From the human T2T-CHM13v2.0 reference genome, Homo sapiens, in the NCBI RefSeq assembly GCF_009914755.1, contig NC_060947.1: a stretch of 64,000 nt of DNA; one strand, written 5' to 3'. This document shows, piece by piece, positions 17,161 through 33,837 of the stretch. A program made the translations under genes and the position numbers. The stretch's first letter is position 1. Every line of letters starts with the position of its first letter. The notes under the pieces are model-generated. The model did not search any database, was not told the DNA's origin, and worked only from the letters and a program-made list of their open reading frames with translations.

Positions 17161-17809
17161 AGCAGAGCCCCTTGCCCTTGGCTGGCAAGCTTAGCTAAGA
17201 AAATTGGGAAGTTAAGTATCTGTCATAGGATATTACGAGGGTAACCTGACAGCCTGGAAAGCACTTAGTGAAGCACCTGGCCCACATCAGCATTTGGTAA
17301 ATGTTGGCCTTCGCTATTCTCCTTTTCCCCTCCTCCTCTCCATCATCCCTCTCATTCTCCTTTCCCACCTCACCCCACCATCCCGCATTTTCAGAGGGCT
17401 TTCTCAAACCTCAGGCTAATGGCTTGATGGACTCAGGACCAAGCTGACCTGGCTCCGACCTAGTGGCCCAGTTTGGGTAACTAGATTTTGGGCCCTGGAC
17501 CCTTGCATTCCCAGCATGAGCACTCTGGGGTTGAGATATTGCCTGGCCTTTGGCGCTTCCCCTTCCAGCCCCTGTGACTTACGCCCTTCCCTCTACTCTC
17601 AGAGCTCCCTGATGCCAGTCTCTAGCTATCCCAACACATTTGTTGGATATGACTTCTCCTTTGGTAATAGTGGCCCACACAGCAGAGATTCCCACTTGGG
17701 TGTGGAGTCTTTTTGTCCTCACCTGCCATCCTACACAGTGACTCTATACAATGACCTCTAATTAACCAAGTATTTATCTCAGAACCTTCCCAGCAACCCT
17801 ATGTAGTTG

Positions 17810-19420
17810 CACAGTTCATTCATTTATCCATTTATTCATTCAACAAACACTCATTGAGCACCTACTGTGTGCCCTGGGAGGTGCAACCAGGGTGGCACAG
17901 TGGAAAGAGCATGGGAAGTCTTGGAAGAGGCCTTCAGGCAGTATGGCAGAGTGGGTAAAGCCTGAACTCCTGAGTCTCACAAACCCACACTTGAACCCTG
18001 GCTCTACCACTCACAGCTATATGGCCTTGAGCAAATCACCTCATCTCCCCATGCCTCAATCTCCTCATATGTAAAATGGGCATATGAATATCCCTTACCT
18101 CACAGGACTTACTCATAAGCCTCATTTCCTACTCTGTGCTGTCATATAATTTGTATGTTCCTTTTATTTCTACATCGTATCATAACATGTTATAATTCTA
18201 TCTGCCTTCCAAGCTATATTCTGAGCTCCCAGCAGGCACAACTACTTGTTTATGTTTGTATCTCTAGTGCCTCCCATAGTGTCTGCTCCAGAATATACAT
18301 TCAATAAGTCGTTGCTGAAGTGTTAACACTATGCTGTAATTATTTTTCCAGGCCTGTCTTCCTCATTAAGCTGTGAGCTTCTGGAGGGACGATATTTCAT
18401 TTGTCTCAATATCTGCAGAACATAGCAGGGGTTTGGCTTGGAGTAGACACTCAGTGAATGTTGGTTAAATGAATGACTGGGGAGTGGGGGATTGAGGGAA
18501 GGAATGAATGAAGGAACAGATGGAAGCTGATGATTAAGACAGTGTCTTACAGGCTCACTGTTAGTGAGGTCACCATCAGCTTCAAATTAATTTGGATATA
18601 TGGTAGGAATTTGGGGTAAGAGATAGTTGCATTTTCTGAGGCCTTATCCTCCTTAACCTTGTAGAATTTAACACTGTTGACCACTCTTTCCTTGGCATTA
18701 TTTCCCTCTTTGGCCTCTGTAAGACAAAACTATTTTGAGTTTCCTTGTGTTTTTCTGACTCTTTTTTTTTTTTTTTTAAGACGGGGTCTCACTCCTCTCA
18801 TCCAGGTTGTAGTGCAGTGGCACGATCACAGCTCACTACAGCCTTAACTTGCTGGGCTCAGGTGATTCTCCCACCTCAACCTCCTGATTAGCTGGAACTA
18901 CAAGCATGTGCCACCATGTCTGGCTAATTTTTGTATTTTTTATAGAGACGGGGTTTCAGCCACGGTGCCCAGGCTGATCTCGAACTCCTGGGCTTAAGTA
19001 ATCCACCCATGTCAGCCTCTGAAAGTGCTGGGAATACAGGCATGAACCACTGCACCCAGCCAAGTCTTTTTTTTCCTCCTGCTTCCTCACCATTACCTCT
19101 TCCATTTCCTCCCTACCACCGCTAGCACCCCAGTGTGATATAAATATTCTCTAGGGCTTGGACCTGGCCCTGCCCTCTCCTTTTCTGGTGAAAATTAATC
19201 TAATCCCAAGGCTTTGCTCTTTAGAGGCATCTGTATAGATGACTCCCAAATCTCTCTCCAGTTCTGACATTTCTTCTGAGCTCCAAGTCTGAGTCTTCAG
19301 CCTCCTGCTGCATATTTAAACCTGGTCCTTTGGCTGACTTCCCAAACTTCATGTCTCAAAATCCTCATCTTTTTTTCCCCAAACTGACTTCTCTTCCCAT
19401 CTTCTCTCTTTTTATTAGCA
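17810..19420. mobile_element. L2 fragments and MIR (17935-18110)
   Basis: L2 tails (ttcattcaacaaacactcattgagcacctac; tgttggttaaatgaatga) and L2 body text. Confidence 0.7.
18761..19061 (-). mobile_element. AluJ
   Basis: gatcacagctcactacagcc and ctcctgggcttaag J-type diagnostics. Confidence 0.9.
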
Positions 19421-19469
19421 GTAATACCTTTCAGTTTTTCAGTTCTTCTATCTTCTCATATAGCGATAA

Positions 19470-19830
19470 TGTCTATATATATTTTCCTTATACAATTCAC
19501 AAGGAATATATATATGAATTATTATATATAATGAATTATTAATTGTGATAATGGCAGAGTCATTTTATATATATATCACAACTAGTAGTACTAGTTGTGA
19601 TATATATTATTGATGTGATAATGGCAGAGTAGTTATATATATTATATATAGTTATATATATAGTTATATATTATAACTATAATATATATTATAACTATAT
19701 AATATATTATAACTAGTTATATAATATAATATATATAACTAGTTATAATATATTATATAACTAGTTATATATAATATAATATATATAATATATAGTTACA
19801 TATTATAACTATAGTTATATATAATAACTT
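19470..19830. repeat. AT-rich low-complexity tract with palindromes
   Basis: (TA)-rich with repeated ataactagttat; 19-bp-arm palindrome at 19569-19607. Confidence 0.9.
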
Positions 19831-19839
19831 TTAAGTTAA

Positions 19840-20950
19840 ATCTTTTAAGTTGGCTTCTGTTTCCTTTTGTCATGATAGCTTCCTTGATTTTTGGTTATAT
19901 AGGATGTTTCAGGCTCATCTTATACAATTCCAAACCCAAACTGGGGGTCAACCATTTATCCAAAGAGCTCTAACTCCCCTTAATGGGAAATGATATTTAG
20001 AGAGCACAGTCTGAGAGCTGGGTTTCCTCATAGCTACTAGATTGTCATGTATTTTCTTTTTAGTGAAAGAGCTGGGAGATACATATTTTTTAAACAATAG
20101 AAGTGATGAGTTTATACTGATATTTCAAAGTCAAATTTAAGAGGATAGGGTTTTTACTTATCTTTTATGTTTGTAACTGTATCTCTTCTCTCTTACTCTA
20201 AAAGTCTTGGTTCCTAATGACATCAACAAAATTACTTGCTTTACCCTACCTGATATTTGTAACAATTTTAAAATAACAATTCAAGTGTTACTACTAAGAC
20301 TATGGAATGCAGTTTAAGATTGCTTTGCTATTTTGTTGTTCTTAAAGTAAAGTCCTGTTAGGGAGGTAGTCAAAGTATTATATTTTAATGTCGGTTGAAC
20401 TAATTTCTTTCCCTGTGGAGTTATGTTTCCAACTTGATACGCAGTTTAATTCCTTTGCTTCATTTTTTCCCTCAGTTTTAGGGATTGTTTTCCTTTCTCT
20501 TTTGGATTTATCTTTACATTGATTATACGTTCCAAAGTTGGAATCATGTAAGAGAAGATATTCTTGAAGTCTTGTTTCCATTCTGCTCACCATTCTTTTT
20601 CCTTCTTCCCTTTTTAGCAATCATTTTTATTAGGTTTTGTTTTATAGATCTATTATGTGTTTGAATATTAAACAAATGAGAGTTAGTAGTTGTATTCCAC
20701 CCATATTTCTTACACAAAATGTATCATGTGCTATAAACACTGCCCTGCTTCTTTGTTTTTTCCACTTAACAACATGTCTTACAGATTATCATATGTCATC
20801 GTATGGAGCTCTTCCTCATTCCTTTTTTATAACTGCATCCTATGCCAGCCTGAAGAGAAATCATAGCTTGTTCAACCAGGGAGTCCCTGTTGACAGATAT
20901 TTGGGTTGGTTCTAATCTTTTGCTATTACAAAGAATGCTACCATCAGTAA
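19840..20950 (-). mobile_element. Old L1M (L1MC/ME) 3'UTR fragments
   Basis: L1MC-type 3'UTR text (caaccatttatccaaagagc; gacagatatttgggttggttc). Confidence 0.6.
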
Positions 20951-21516
20951 TTGAGGTGCCTGTCTCCTGGTTCTCCTGGCTCCAAGCCTGCTTTGCCTTC
21001 TGCCTCCTTTTGCACACGTGATCACTTCAGAACCCAGCAGTTCTTCCTTTGTCCTCTTCTCTGTTTCTGCTTTTCCATCCGTGCTGCACTCAACCAATTT
21101 CACATGTGTTGTCTTTGCCTGAATCATAGCAGTAGCAGTGAAATCCCTGCTTATCTTTCTCCCCAATCCCAGTATGTGCTGAATACCATGGCCATATTCA
21201 TCTCCTGAAATATTATTTTCACTATGATCTCTTCTCACCCTACTCAAAAATCTTCAATAATAACATACAATCCAAGTTCCTTAATTTGGAATAGAAGGGC
21301 CTCCATGAACTAATCCAAATCTCCTTTCCCAATACTTATTCCCTCTGCTTTGGTCTGTAGATACATTACTCAGCATATGTGATTTCCCAAAATTCATGTT
21401 AATTATTGCCTTTATACCTTACCTGTTCTTTAAACCTCCAATTAAATTCTAGAGCCTCATATACTCTTCCAGAATCCCAGGCATTCTCCCCTGAACTCTT
21501 ACTCTGTGTGATATCA

Positions 21517-21980
21517 GTTTCAAACTCAGCAAAGACTTAGCCCCTAGGCAAATGGAAAATCTTATTGAATCTATCTGTTCACTACTGTGAGATCTAAGAA
21601 ATCTATTGATACATTCATCAAGTATTAGATGAACACCACAACAGCATCCAAAGGTGAGGCAAGTGGGCCCTTTGATTGCTTAGGGCTCCTTCTGGTAGTG
21701 AGCAAGAAGTATGTGGGCATCTGTCTGCCTGGACGCACAGATAGGAAGATATTCCAGGGTGGCAATACTTGACTGAGAGACATAGTAGTAGACTGTGTGT
21801 CTCTTACAAAGGATAATTTCTTTCCAGTTCAAGAAGAATAAATTGGACCCTTGTCTGGGGAAAGGGGCTCATCCACTGGGCCGGAGTCACAAGGTCCCCA
21901 ATCCTGGGAGTTTCTACCTTTCGCCCATCAAGACAAAATGTGGCAGTATGTTCTGTGAGGGCTTGAAACTCATGTAAACC
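21517..21980 (+). pseudogene. EFCAB5-like remnant: pre-GAF helix and GAF-domain coding block
   Basis: In order: RLSP/RQMENLIESICSLL* (21533-21590); KY*MNTTTASKGEA~EFLMNALERSHIES; GSEQEVCGHLS~GNKKISAHIS; GNT*LRDIV~GNVLLRNVA; IISF/PVQEE~GISFTVVDE; GSFYLSPIKTKCGSMF~GSFLALPLQDAYMRIF. Confidence 0.7.
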
Positions 21981-22599
21981 TGACATTGTCCTGGCCACCA
22001 GCCATGTGCATGGTGGTTGGCAAATCACACATTACTGAACACTGCATTTTATACTGCTTTCTTTGTGCACTTTTGTTGTTTGGACTGTATTAGCCTTAGT
22101 TTCTTACAATTCCTTTTTAAATTTCACCATCTGGGGCTAGAACTATTTTTGGTTTATTTATTTACAATTTAACCTCCTCCTCCCTTTATTTCCAAAAGGA
22201 TTTGCAGAAACTTACCAGTTTAAGTATCATGTAAAGTAAGACATAGAGAAGAGTTGCATGTTTCAAGAAGGAGTAGATATTACCAGATACCTCATGATCA
22301 GAACACTATGCATGTTGAGCACTGACTTTAACTGAATTTTTTGCAGTCAAGGGTGAGGGTTACAGTGGCATAAATAACTTGAGAACCAGAAGAGGGCTAT
22401 ATTCCTCTTTAAATGTCAACTTCTTCCTGACACAAAACTCAAATAGGGATTTGTCACAGGAATATTGAATAAACACATTAGGTAACATAGTGATTCATGT
22501 CTTTAATTTTTACAAACAACACAGAAATACCAGTCAAATCAACACTGCTTATGTGAACTGAAGTAGGATTTTGTTTTCATTCTTGTTATTGTGTATATC

Positions 22600-23680
22600 C
22601 ACAGCTAATTGAAGGGTAAGCTGACACAACCACTTTCGAAAGCTGTTTAGCAGTATCTACTAAAGCTAAGCAAATACCTACCCTATGACCCAGAAATTTC
22701 ACTGCCTGTGTTCAGCAAAAGACATATGCAAGAATGTCCATTAGAGCATTAATTTAGTACTGGTCAATTAATGAAAATAACCAAAATGTTCATCAACAGT
22801 AAATATATAAATAAATTGCAATACATTTACACAATAGACTACGCTACAGTAATGAAAATGAACAAAGTATACCTACATGCAAGAATGTGAAAGGCTCTGC
22901 AAACATACTGATTGAAATAAGTCAGACCCTAAATAATACATACTGTCTGATTCAATTTCTATAAAGATTTTAAAAAAACAGATTAAACTAAACTGTGGTA
23001 TTAGAAATCAGGATAGTAGTTAATTTCCAAGGGGAAAGAAAGGAGAATTATAGGTGCATGATGGGGCTTTTGGAGACTGGCAATGTTCTGTTTTGGGTCT
23101 GGGTAGTGGTTACTTGTGTGTATTCACTTTATGCTAACTCATTGAACTGTACAGATATGGACTGTGCCCCTTTCTATATGTGTGTAATGCTTCAACAAAA
23201 GTGTCAATAGTGATGCATGCACATGTTAAAATTTCAAACTATATTAAAGAGTGTGCAATTAAAAGGAAGTTATCCTCTCACTCTAAAGTCCTATTTCCTC
23301 TCTTCAGTCTATCATTACTACTAGTTTCTAGTATATTCTTTTAGAAATGTGCTGTAAAAGAACAATGATGTGTATGTCTCTACAGGTATATATTTATTCT
23401 TTTTGTAATTTACAAAAATATAAACTCACTACATATGTTATTCTACCACATGCTTTTTTTCATGTAACAGTATGTCTTAGACATCTTTTCCTATTATTGC
23501 GTGGAAGCTATCAACCTTATTCTTTGTAATGACTCCATAAATTATTCTACTGTGAAAACACACCATGTTTAACCAGTTCTCTGTTAGTGAACATTTAGGA
23601 TTTTTCCAGTTTTTAAATATTACAGTGACATATTAAACATTAAACATATCTTTTGACACATGTCCTTGCACACATGTATA
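22600..23680. mobile_element. Two L1ME 3' fragments in opposite orientation
   Basis: + strand 22600-23210 (ctaccctatgacccagaaatttcac), - strand 23210-23680. Confidence 0.65.
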
Positions 23681-23774
23681 GGTATGATGGACTTTAACAC
23701 CCTTTGGCTAGATTCTTTAGCACATAACGTAAATATCCCATAGAGTCAAAACCACCCTTAAAACTTCCTCAGGA

Positions 23775-24115
23775 GGCTGGGTGTGGTGGCTCACGCCCGT
23801 AATCCCAGCACTTTAGGAGGCCGAGGTGGGCGGATCACGAGGTCAGGAGATCGAGACCATCCTGGCCAACATGGTGAAACCCTGTCTCTACTAAAAATAC
23901 AAAAAAACAAAAACAAAAAAACAAAACAAAAAAAAACTAGCCGGGCGTGGTGGTGGGCACCTCTAGTCCCAGCTACTCGGGAGGCTGAGGCAGGAGAATG
24001 GTGTGAACCCAGGAGGCGGAGCTTGCAGTGAGCCGAGGTCACGCCACTGCACTCTAGCCTGGGCGACAGAGCAAGACTCCGTCTCAAACAAACAAACAAA
24101 ACAAAAACAAACAAA
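23775..24115 (+). mobile_element. AluSc/AluY-like with expanded A-rich linker
   Basis: Perfect 15-bp TSD aaaacttcctcagga (23760-23774, 24116-24130). Confidence 0.95.
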
Positions 24116-24380
24116 AAAACTTCCTCAGGAAGGCTGACATGCCATATCTTCATTATTCCAGCAGAGCCTATTTGCCCCCAATATTGGAGTAGATCACTGA
24201 GTCATTGGCTAAGCACCAGATGAAGAGGTTAGCTTGTGGTTATGAGCTATGTTGAATGAAATATGTGTGTCTTTAAACACCACAATCACTGTGAGATGCT
24301 CACTGTATGAGAGACACACAGGGACTGAACCTTACCGATGGAGTAGAAGAACCACAGCTTTTACCTTATGTTCTCTCTAG

Positions 24381-24450
24381 GGCACAGCAGGATCATTGAG
24401 CGGAATGGTGGGCACAACCTGCTACGCCATTTCAATTGTTGTCTTGTCTT
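24381..24450 (+). pseudogene. EFCAB5-like remnant exon, 5' half (split by repeats)
   Basis: Acceptor ttctctctag then phase-0 GTAGSLS~GVANVFS; HNLLR~EHILH after a frameshift. Confidence 0.5.
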
Positions 24451-24664
24451 TCCCTCAACTCTCTCCTCTCTCTAACTTTCTGTCTCTGTCTCCCTGCCTC
24501 TCTCCTCTGTATACCGAGTGTATATATTTGAATTTACATAACTCACATATGCATATGGTATGGTTCCACTCTGTATCCACAGGATCAATTCCAAGAAGAG
24601 GAATTTTGGCATATATATGCATGCATGTATCGTCAAATCATGTACGTGTGTGTTGTATAGATAC

Positions 24665-25830
24665 ATCTTTTTAATTATGAAAAATTTCAAATATATACAA
24701 AAGCAGATAGAACTATATGAGTCCCCTATACCCATCATCCAGCCTCAACAATGATCAACACCCAGCCACTCTTGTTTCATCTGTACCCACATCTGCTTTA
24801 CCTCTTTTTGTAATCTCATGAAGCCATTCACAGACATCATAACACTTGATCTGTAAATAATTCAGTATGTATTTCTAAAGGATTAAGATTCTTTTAAAAA
24901 CATATCCACAATACAAAAATTACATCTAAAAATGAACAAAACTGTGTTAAAATCTACAAATATCCAGTCAATGTTAAAGTTTCCAACTCTCTTACAGTTG
25001 TCATAAATGGATATTCATTTGTTTGAATAAAACTCCAAATATGGGCTAGATACTATAATTGATATGGCCTTTAAGTTTCTTTTAATCTACAGGTTCCCCT
25101 CCTTCTTTCTTTTTGCCATTTATTTTTTGAAGAAAATGAGTACTTTTACATGTAGCATTTCCTATACTGGATTTTACTTATTGCATTTTTGTTGTTAAGT
25201 TTAACATTCTCTGCAGTCTTCTGTGTTTTCTCTGAATTAATAGTTGGTTTTAGAGGCTTAAGTTTCTTTGCTTTTTGTTTTGTTTTTGGTCGACTATTTC
25301 ATATACAGTTTGTGCTCTACATTTAGAGACACGCACTATCTGGTTGTCTCTGTTTTTGTGATGCTAGCAGCCACTGACAATTAAACCTAGATTCATTCAT
25401 TCATTAAGGGTTGCAAAAATGGTGATGTTCTTATTTTGTTATTCCTTCTTTATTTGTTAGCTGGAATATTTCTGTACATCTCCTACTTGGTTATCCAGTG
25501 GTACAGTTTATATAAGAAGGCAGGATAAATGCCTAATTCCAAATAATGAGCTAGCTCACTATCCACTAATATAATCAATGAGTGATTATTTTCAAAATAT
25601 AATAATGAATTCATGGATTTAAACATATTTTATGTGTTTTGATTGATTGTTCTTATATTGAGGCTCACATTGGCCCCTCTTTGGCCATAGGGAACCTCTT
25701 TAAATTGGCCCCTGAGTCCTTTTTACATGAATCTTGTGGTTTTTGAAAGCTTCCTTGCTAGGCATGATAAGATATTCTGGGATCATTATGTAAATTTCCT
25801 GCCCCAGATCTGAAGACCTATATTTTTAGA
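24665..25830 (-). mobile_element. Old L1M (L1MC/ME) 3'UTR
   Basis: ttttaattatgaaaaatttcaaatatatacaaaag 3' end and L1MC-type body. Confidence 0.7.
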
Positions 25831-25834
25831 TACC

Positions 25835-25975
25835 AACATGGTATAGTGAAAAGATCACAGTCTTTGGAGTCAGAGAAACTGGGATTGAATCCTGGCCCTA
25901 TCTCATGCTGCCTGTATGACCATGGTAAAACTACTTAATATCTACCCACTTTAAGTTTCTTCATTTTTATACAAA
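25835..25975 (+). mobile_element. MIR
   Basis: ggtatagtgaaaagatcacagtctttggagtcagagaaactgggattgaatcc. Confidence 0.75.
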
Positions 25976-25999
25976 GCAGGAGGTACTCAGAAATTCAGG

Positions 26000-26075
26000 T
26001 TCCCTCTCCATTTCCTGATCTCTTCTTACTCAGATGACAACATCACATCTATTATTACTTAGGCTTCTGTGCTTA
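26000..26075 (+). pseudogene. EFCAB5-like remnant exon, 3' half
   Basis: DDNITSIIT* (TAG at 26060-26062) ~ TSSITSITTY; resumes after L1M and MIR insertions. Confidence 0.55.
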
Positions 26076-26300
26076 CAGCATGGAATGTTCTCTTTCACAT
26101 ATGGTAGACACTCAATTCATACTTACAAATTGACCTTGAGGATAGATGCCATCAAATAGATGATGCCAACACGTGTTGAGCTCTGTGAAAGTAGGCACTG
26201 TCTCAATGCAGCTGTTTTTTTTTAATTTCTCCTTTATTTTCAAACTACCCATTACGAATATTAGTAAATAGAATCCTTATCATCTCTATCCCCTCCCCAG

Positions 26301-26660
26301 AATTGAGGTGGGATGATGATGCCAGCTTTCAGTTGTGTTAAAGGAGGAAATAAAAGAAGCATGAATAATTCAAAAGGATAATCCAAGGCAATGAGTCACC
26401 CCAAAGTCACTCGTTTCAGTTTGAAAGACATTATTTGATATATATAGCAGATTTCCCTTCTTAAATTAGCTTTACTTACACTACTATTAAAATGGCTTTT
26501 CATTCCTCGAGGTCACGGAAGCTAGAGAGGGTAATAAATCCAAAATGTGCTGAACAAGCCACAGAAGCCAACTCAGGATGAAGTGTTTACACTGGATATT
26601 CTGCCCTGACACTCAAGTGTTGCTATGATGCTGTCCTCAACTTAGGATCAGAATTACGAA
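26301..26660 (+). pseudogene. EFCAB5-like remnant blocks (two exons)
   Basis: Acceptor ccctccccag; DASFQLC~DSDYVLR, NSKG*SKAMSHP; then QDEVFTLDIL/TLKCCYDAVL~[21 protein letters not shown]. Confidence 0.45.
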
Positions 26661-27119
26661 ATTGCCAGGCGACCTCAACGTTCCAGCCCTGGCAGCCAGG
26701 GGAGCAGCAGCTGTTGCAAAGAGCACAGCCTTTTGACAGCTAACTGAAAGATACTAAGTTAAGGTGGAAAGAGAGATGAGAAAAAGAGTCACCTTAATTA
26801 AGCAGTATGCTGTGATGCTAAGCTGATGCCATAGATTTTGGGGGAGCTCACTGGAGAATTCTTTTGCCTTGTGGCTACTTTCCTCAAAGTATCCAGTGAA
26901 CTACATGACAGTATTCACTCAGAAGGCACTGACTAGGGAAAGCTGTTTGACCACCTCCTACAGGGCCTGTTTTTGAAGCTGTTGGTTTTGTGGTGGAATG
27001 GAGGCAGCTGGCTGAGGTGACTAGAAAGCCACTGAGTTTCCTGAAAGCTAAATTTTGGGGCTATTTCCTCTCTTGGGCTGGCTACCCAGGATCCCTTTTC
27101 CCATAAGCTCCAAGAGTAG

Positions 27120-27370
27120 ATTCCTAACACAAGGGCTTACTCTGTGCCAGAACTTTGAGGGGCTCTTTCCATGCATTCTCTCATTGAATCCTCATATCCA
27201 GAATGGCAAGGTGCGTGTTAGATATCCATTTGTTAGACAAGAAATTGAAGGTTCAGAGAAACTCAATGACATGTCCCCCTGCCCACCCCAGACAGGATCA
27301 CACATCCAGCAGATAGAAGAATTACAATTTCAACATGAGTATCTGACCCCAAAATGGGTGTTCTCTCAAG
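27120..27370 (-). mobile_element. MIR
   Basis: Reverse MIR core (gaaattgaaggttcagagaa). Confidence 0.65.
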
Positions 27371-27841
27371 GATGCTGTGCTGCCTTCCTTCAGCTTAGCT
27401 CCTCTCTCCTCACAGGTCTCACAGGCACTTGTCTCCCTCCTTTGCTCCGGCTACTCTCCTCCTAGGTTTCACTTCCTGATTGTCCATACTTTCATTTTCG
27501 GGGACTTCATTGCCAATCAGCGCCTAATGGGCAGGGAGGGAAGAGCACACATACCAAATAGGGGAAGGTGACCAAGATTGTGAAGGCCTTGCACCATTTT
27601 CTTCCCATTTGCTCTCTGTTCATTCTCTTCTTATCGCTGGATCTGAAAGTCTCCTAGCTCTGAAGTTAAAATTCTAGATCGGTGTTCTGCCAAGGACAAA
27701 TGTATTTAAGGCCTGGTCAATTAGGTCAACTATTAGAAGCAGACCTATCCCAGGAAACCTGTTATTCCTGGTTAATATAACTTTGATTCCTTGCTAACTC
27801 CTTTCCTGCCCTCTTGTCATTTACTCTGGTGGCCCTCCAAG

Positions 27842-28110
27842 GAACAGTGAAGTGACCCCGGGACTCATGGGTATAGTATGGTTGGGGCTGCTAGCTGGAC
27901 CCTGGACAGACTGCACCTGCATTGCTCTTACTAGCTTAGCCACACACCTCAGGATTCATGATGGAACAAAAAATGTGTCTCCAAACGATATGTCTCCCTG
28001 TAAGGTTGTGGTCAAATGGAGAAGGAAAGAAAACTTGTGTATGAACTATTTAACCTGAGAAGCAACAAGCTAATCAGACCCATGGAAACATTATGTCAAC
28101 ATCAAGAAAC
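27842..28110 (+). pseudogene. EFCAB5-like remnant exon
   Basis: MGIVWL~AGILFF, NVSPND~PNSPQD, MEKERKLVYE~MELEANVKLVRD, LFN/PE...W~FFHPE...W. Confidence 0.55.
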
Positions 28111-28560
28111 TGTCAGGAGTAGATATTATTTAAGCACATGCTCATTATATTTAGCATTTGTATTGTCTGTTTTACTTTGTGGGTAAGCATTGCAGATATA
28201 TGAGAAAAATGAGAGGAAGTTTTCATTTCCTACTGAAGTTTTACTTCGTCTCAAAAGATTGTTTTCATCACAGGGCACCTTAAAAATGGGTAATAACCAT
28301 TATTAAATAGAATAAATTTTTTGAAAGAAGAAAAGAGTTCAACTCAGAAACATTTTCTTTGGAAATATCATTAAACATTATATTTTTAAAATATTCATTC
28401 TCCTCCTTTCACGCTGCTTGTTCATGCCTGCTTTCTGTCGATACTAAACAGTTATAATAAATCATACTCTCCTAACAGAATTATTATTATTCTGTCATTT
28501 TTTCTAAGTATTTTAGATCACAACACTTTGCCCCTGTGTGTGTGCGTGCATGTGCATTAG

Positions 28561-28800
28561 CATAATGACCAACTATTTTGAAATTAGATTTAATTCATTG
28601 TCTTTGAAACCTGAAAGCTCTGCAACTCTGGATGTTTCTATAGAAAACCTCCTCCCCTCCTTACGAGAAGGGCAAAATGAAATGTCAGAGAGATGACTAT
28701 TCATCTTTCCATTTATGGGCTTATTGTCTTTGACATTCTTTATACTACTTCATCAACCTCTGCTTAGGCCAACCTAACACAAAGGACAAAGAGACCATAT
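28561..28800 (+). pseudogene. EFCAB5-like remnant: last two coding exons
   Basis: 28561-28667 is open: MTNYF...LKPESSATLDVSIENLLPSLR~VNKYL...[20 protein letters not shown]. 28714-28770 gives YGLIVFDILYTTFINLCLG~FGNVVIEHLYHWIHICSA. Confidence 0.65.
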
Positions 28801-28962
28801 TGCTATCTCTACTGTTTCTTTATTTTAGAAGATCTCACCATTATAACCTCCTCTCCATTACTATTGTCCAGCTGGGAACATGCACATATTTTCTATTAAC
28901 TGTACTACATGAGATACATTTTAGGTGACTGTCACTGAGCTACCAAAGATTGCCCCGTTTTC

Positions 28963-29087
28963 TCTTTTTTGATATGGTGTCTCACTGTGTTACTCAGGCT
29001 GGTGTCAAACTCCTGGGCTAAAGTGGTCCTCCCGCCTCCGCCTTCTGAGTAGCTGGGATTACAGGCAGGTACCACCGAGTCCAGCTC
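28963..29087 (-). mobile_element. FLAM (free left Alu monomer)
   Basis: Single Alu monomer about 125 bp. Confidence 0.85.
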
Positions 29088-29121
29088 AGAACTCTTTTTT
29101 TTCACTAGTAAAGATCTAGAG

Positions 29122-29401
29122 CGGGGATCAGCAAACTTTGGCCCACAGGTGAAATCCACTGCCTGTTTTTGTACGGTTTTATTGGCACACAATAAACATC
29201 CATTTGTTTACATATTTCTATGAATGTTTTTGTGCTGTGACAGCAGAATTGAATAGATGTCACTACTTGGCTTTTGTGTTTGCTTTCGTGCTACGACAGC
29301 AGAGTTGAGTAGTCACTACATTGGATAGAGAGAACGTATGTCTCCCAAACACTAAAATATTTACTATCTGGCTCTTTACAGAAAATGTTTGCCCACCCCT
29401 G
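29122..29401 (+). mobile_element. MER58B (hAT-Charlie)
   Basis: TIRs cggggatcagcaaac / gtttgcccacccctg; TSD atctagag / ctgtagag. Confidence 0.85.
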
Positions 29402-29962
29402 CTGTAGAGAACAGATGTCCAGCATAACGTACCCAAAACATCTCAGAATGGGTTTGCAGGTGTTTTAGAGGTGAAGGTGAAAGACCATCAGGAAGATATA
29501 GCAAGAGCTTCCCCCTGGGAGGCAGAAAAGGGATTCCAGTCCCTTCTCTACCACTATTTGCATCGATCTGGGCAGATCCTGTTTCCTCCCTAGCCCAAGT
29601 TTGCTCAAAAGGTCAACTGAAAGAATTGAATGAGATAATCTACAGGGGCGCTTCCAACTTGGAGATTCTGTGATTCCAATGTTTAGTCTAATGAGATTTG
29701 TTACAATCACAGATGTATACCTACAGTTGAAACTACAAGATCCTCCAATTTTTTTTTATTATACTTTAAGTTTTAGGGTACATGTGCACAACGTGCAGGT
29801 TTGTTACATATGTATACATGTGCCATGTTGGTGAGCTGCACCCATTAACTCATCATTTAACATTAGGTATATCTCCTAATGCTATCCCTCCCCTGTCCCC
29901 CCACCCCACAACAGTCCCCAGAGCGTGATGTTCCCCTTCCTGTGTCCATGTGTTCTCATTGT

Positions 29963-33774
<3,812 letters not shown>

Positions 33775-33837
33775 TATGATGTTAGCTGGTTATTTTGCTC
33801 ATTAGTTGATGCAGTTTCTTCCTAGCCTCAATGGTCT

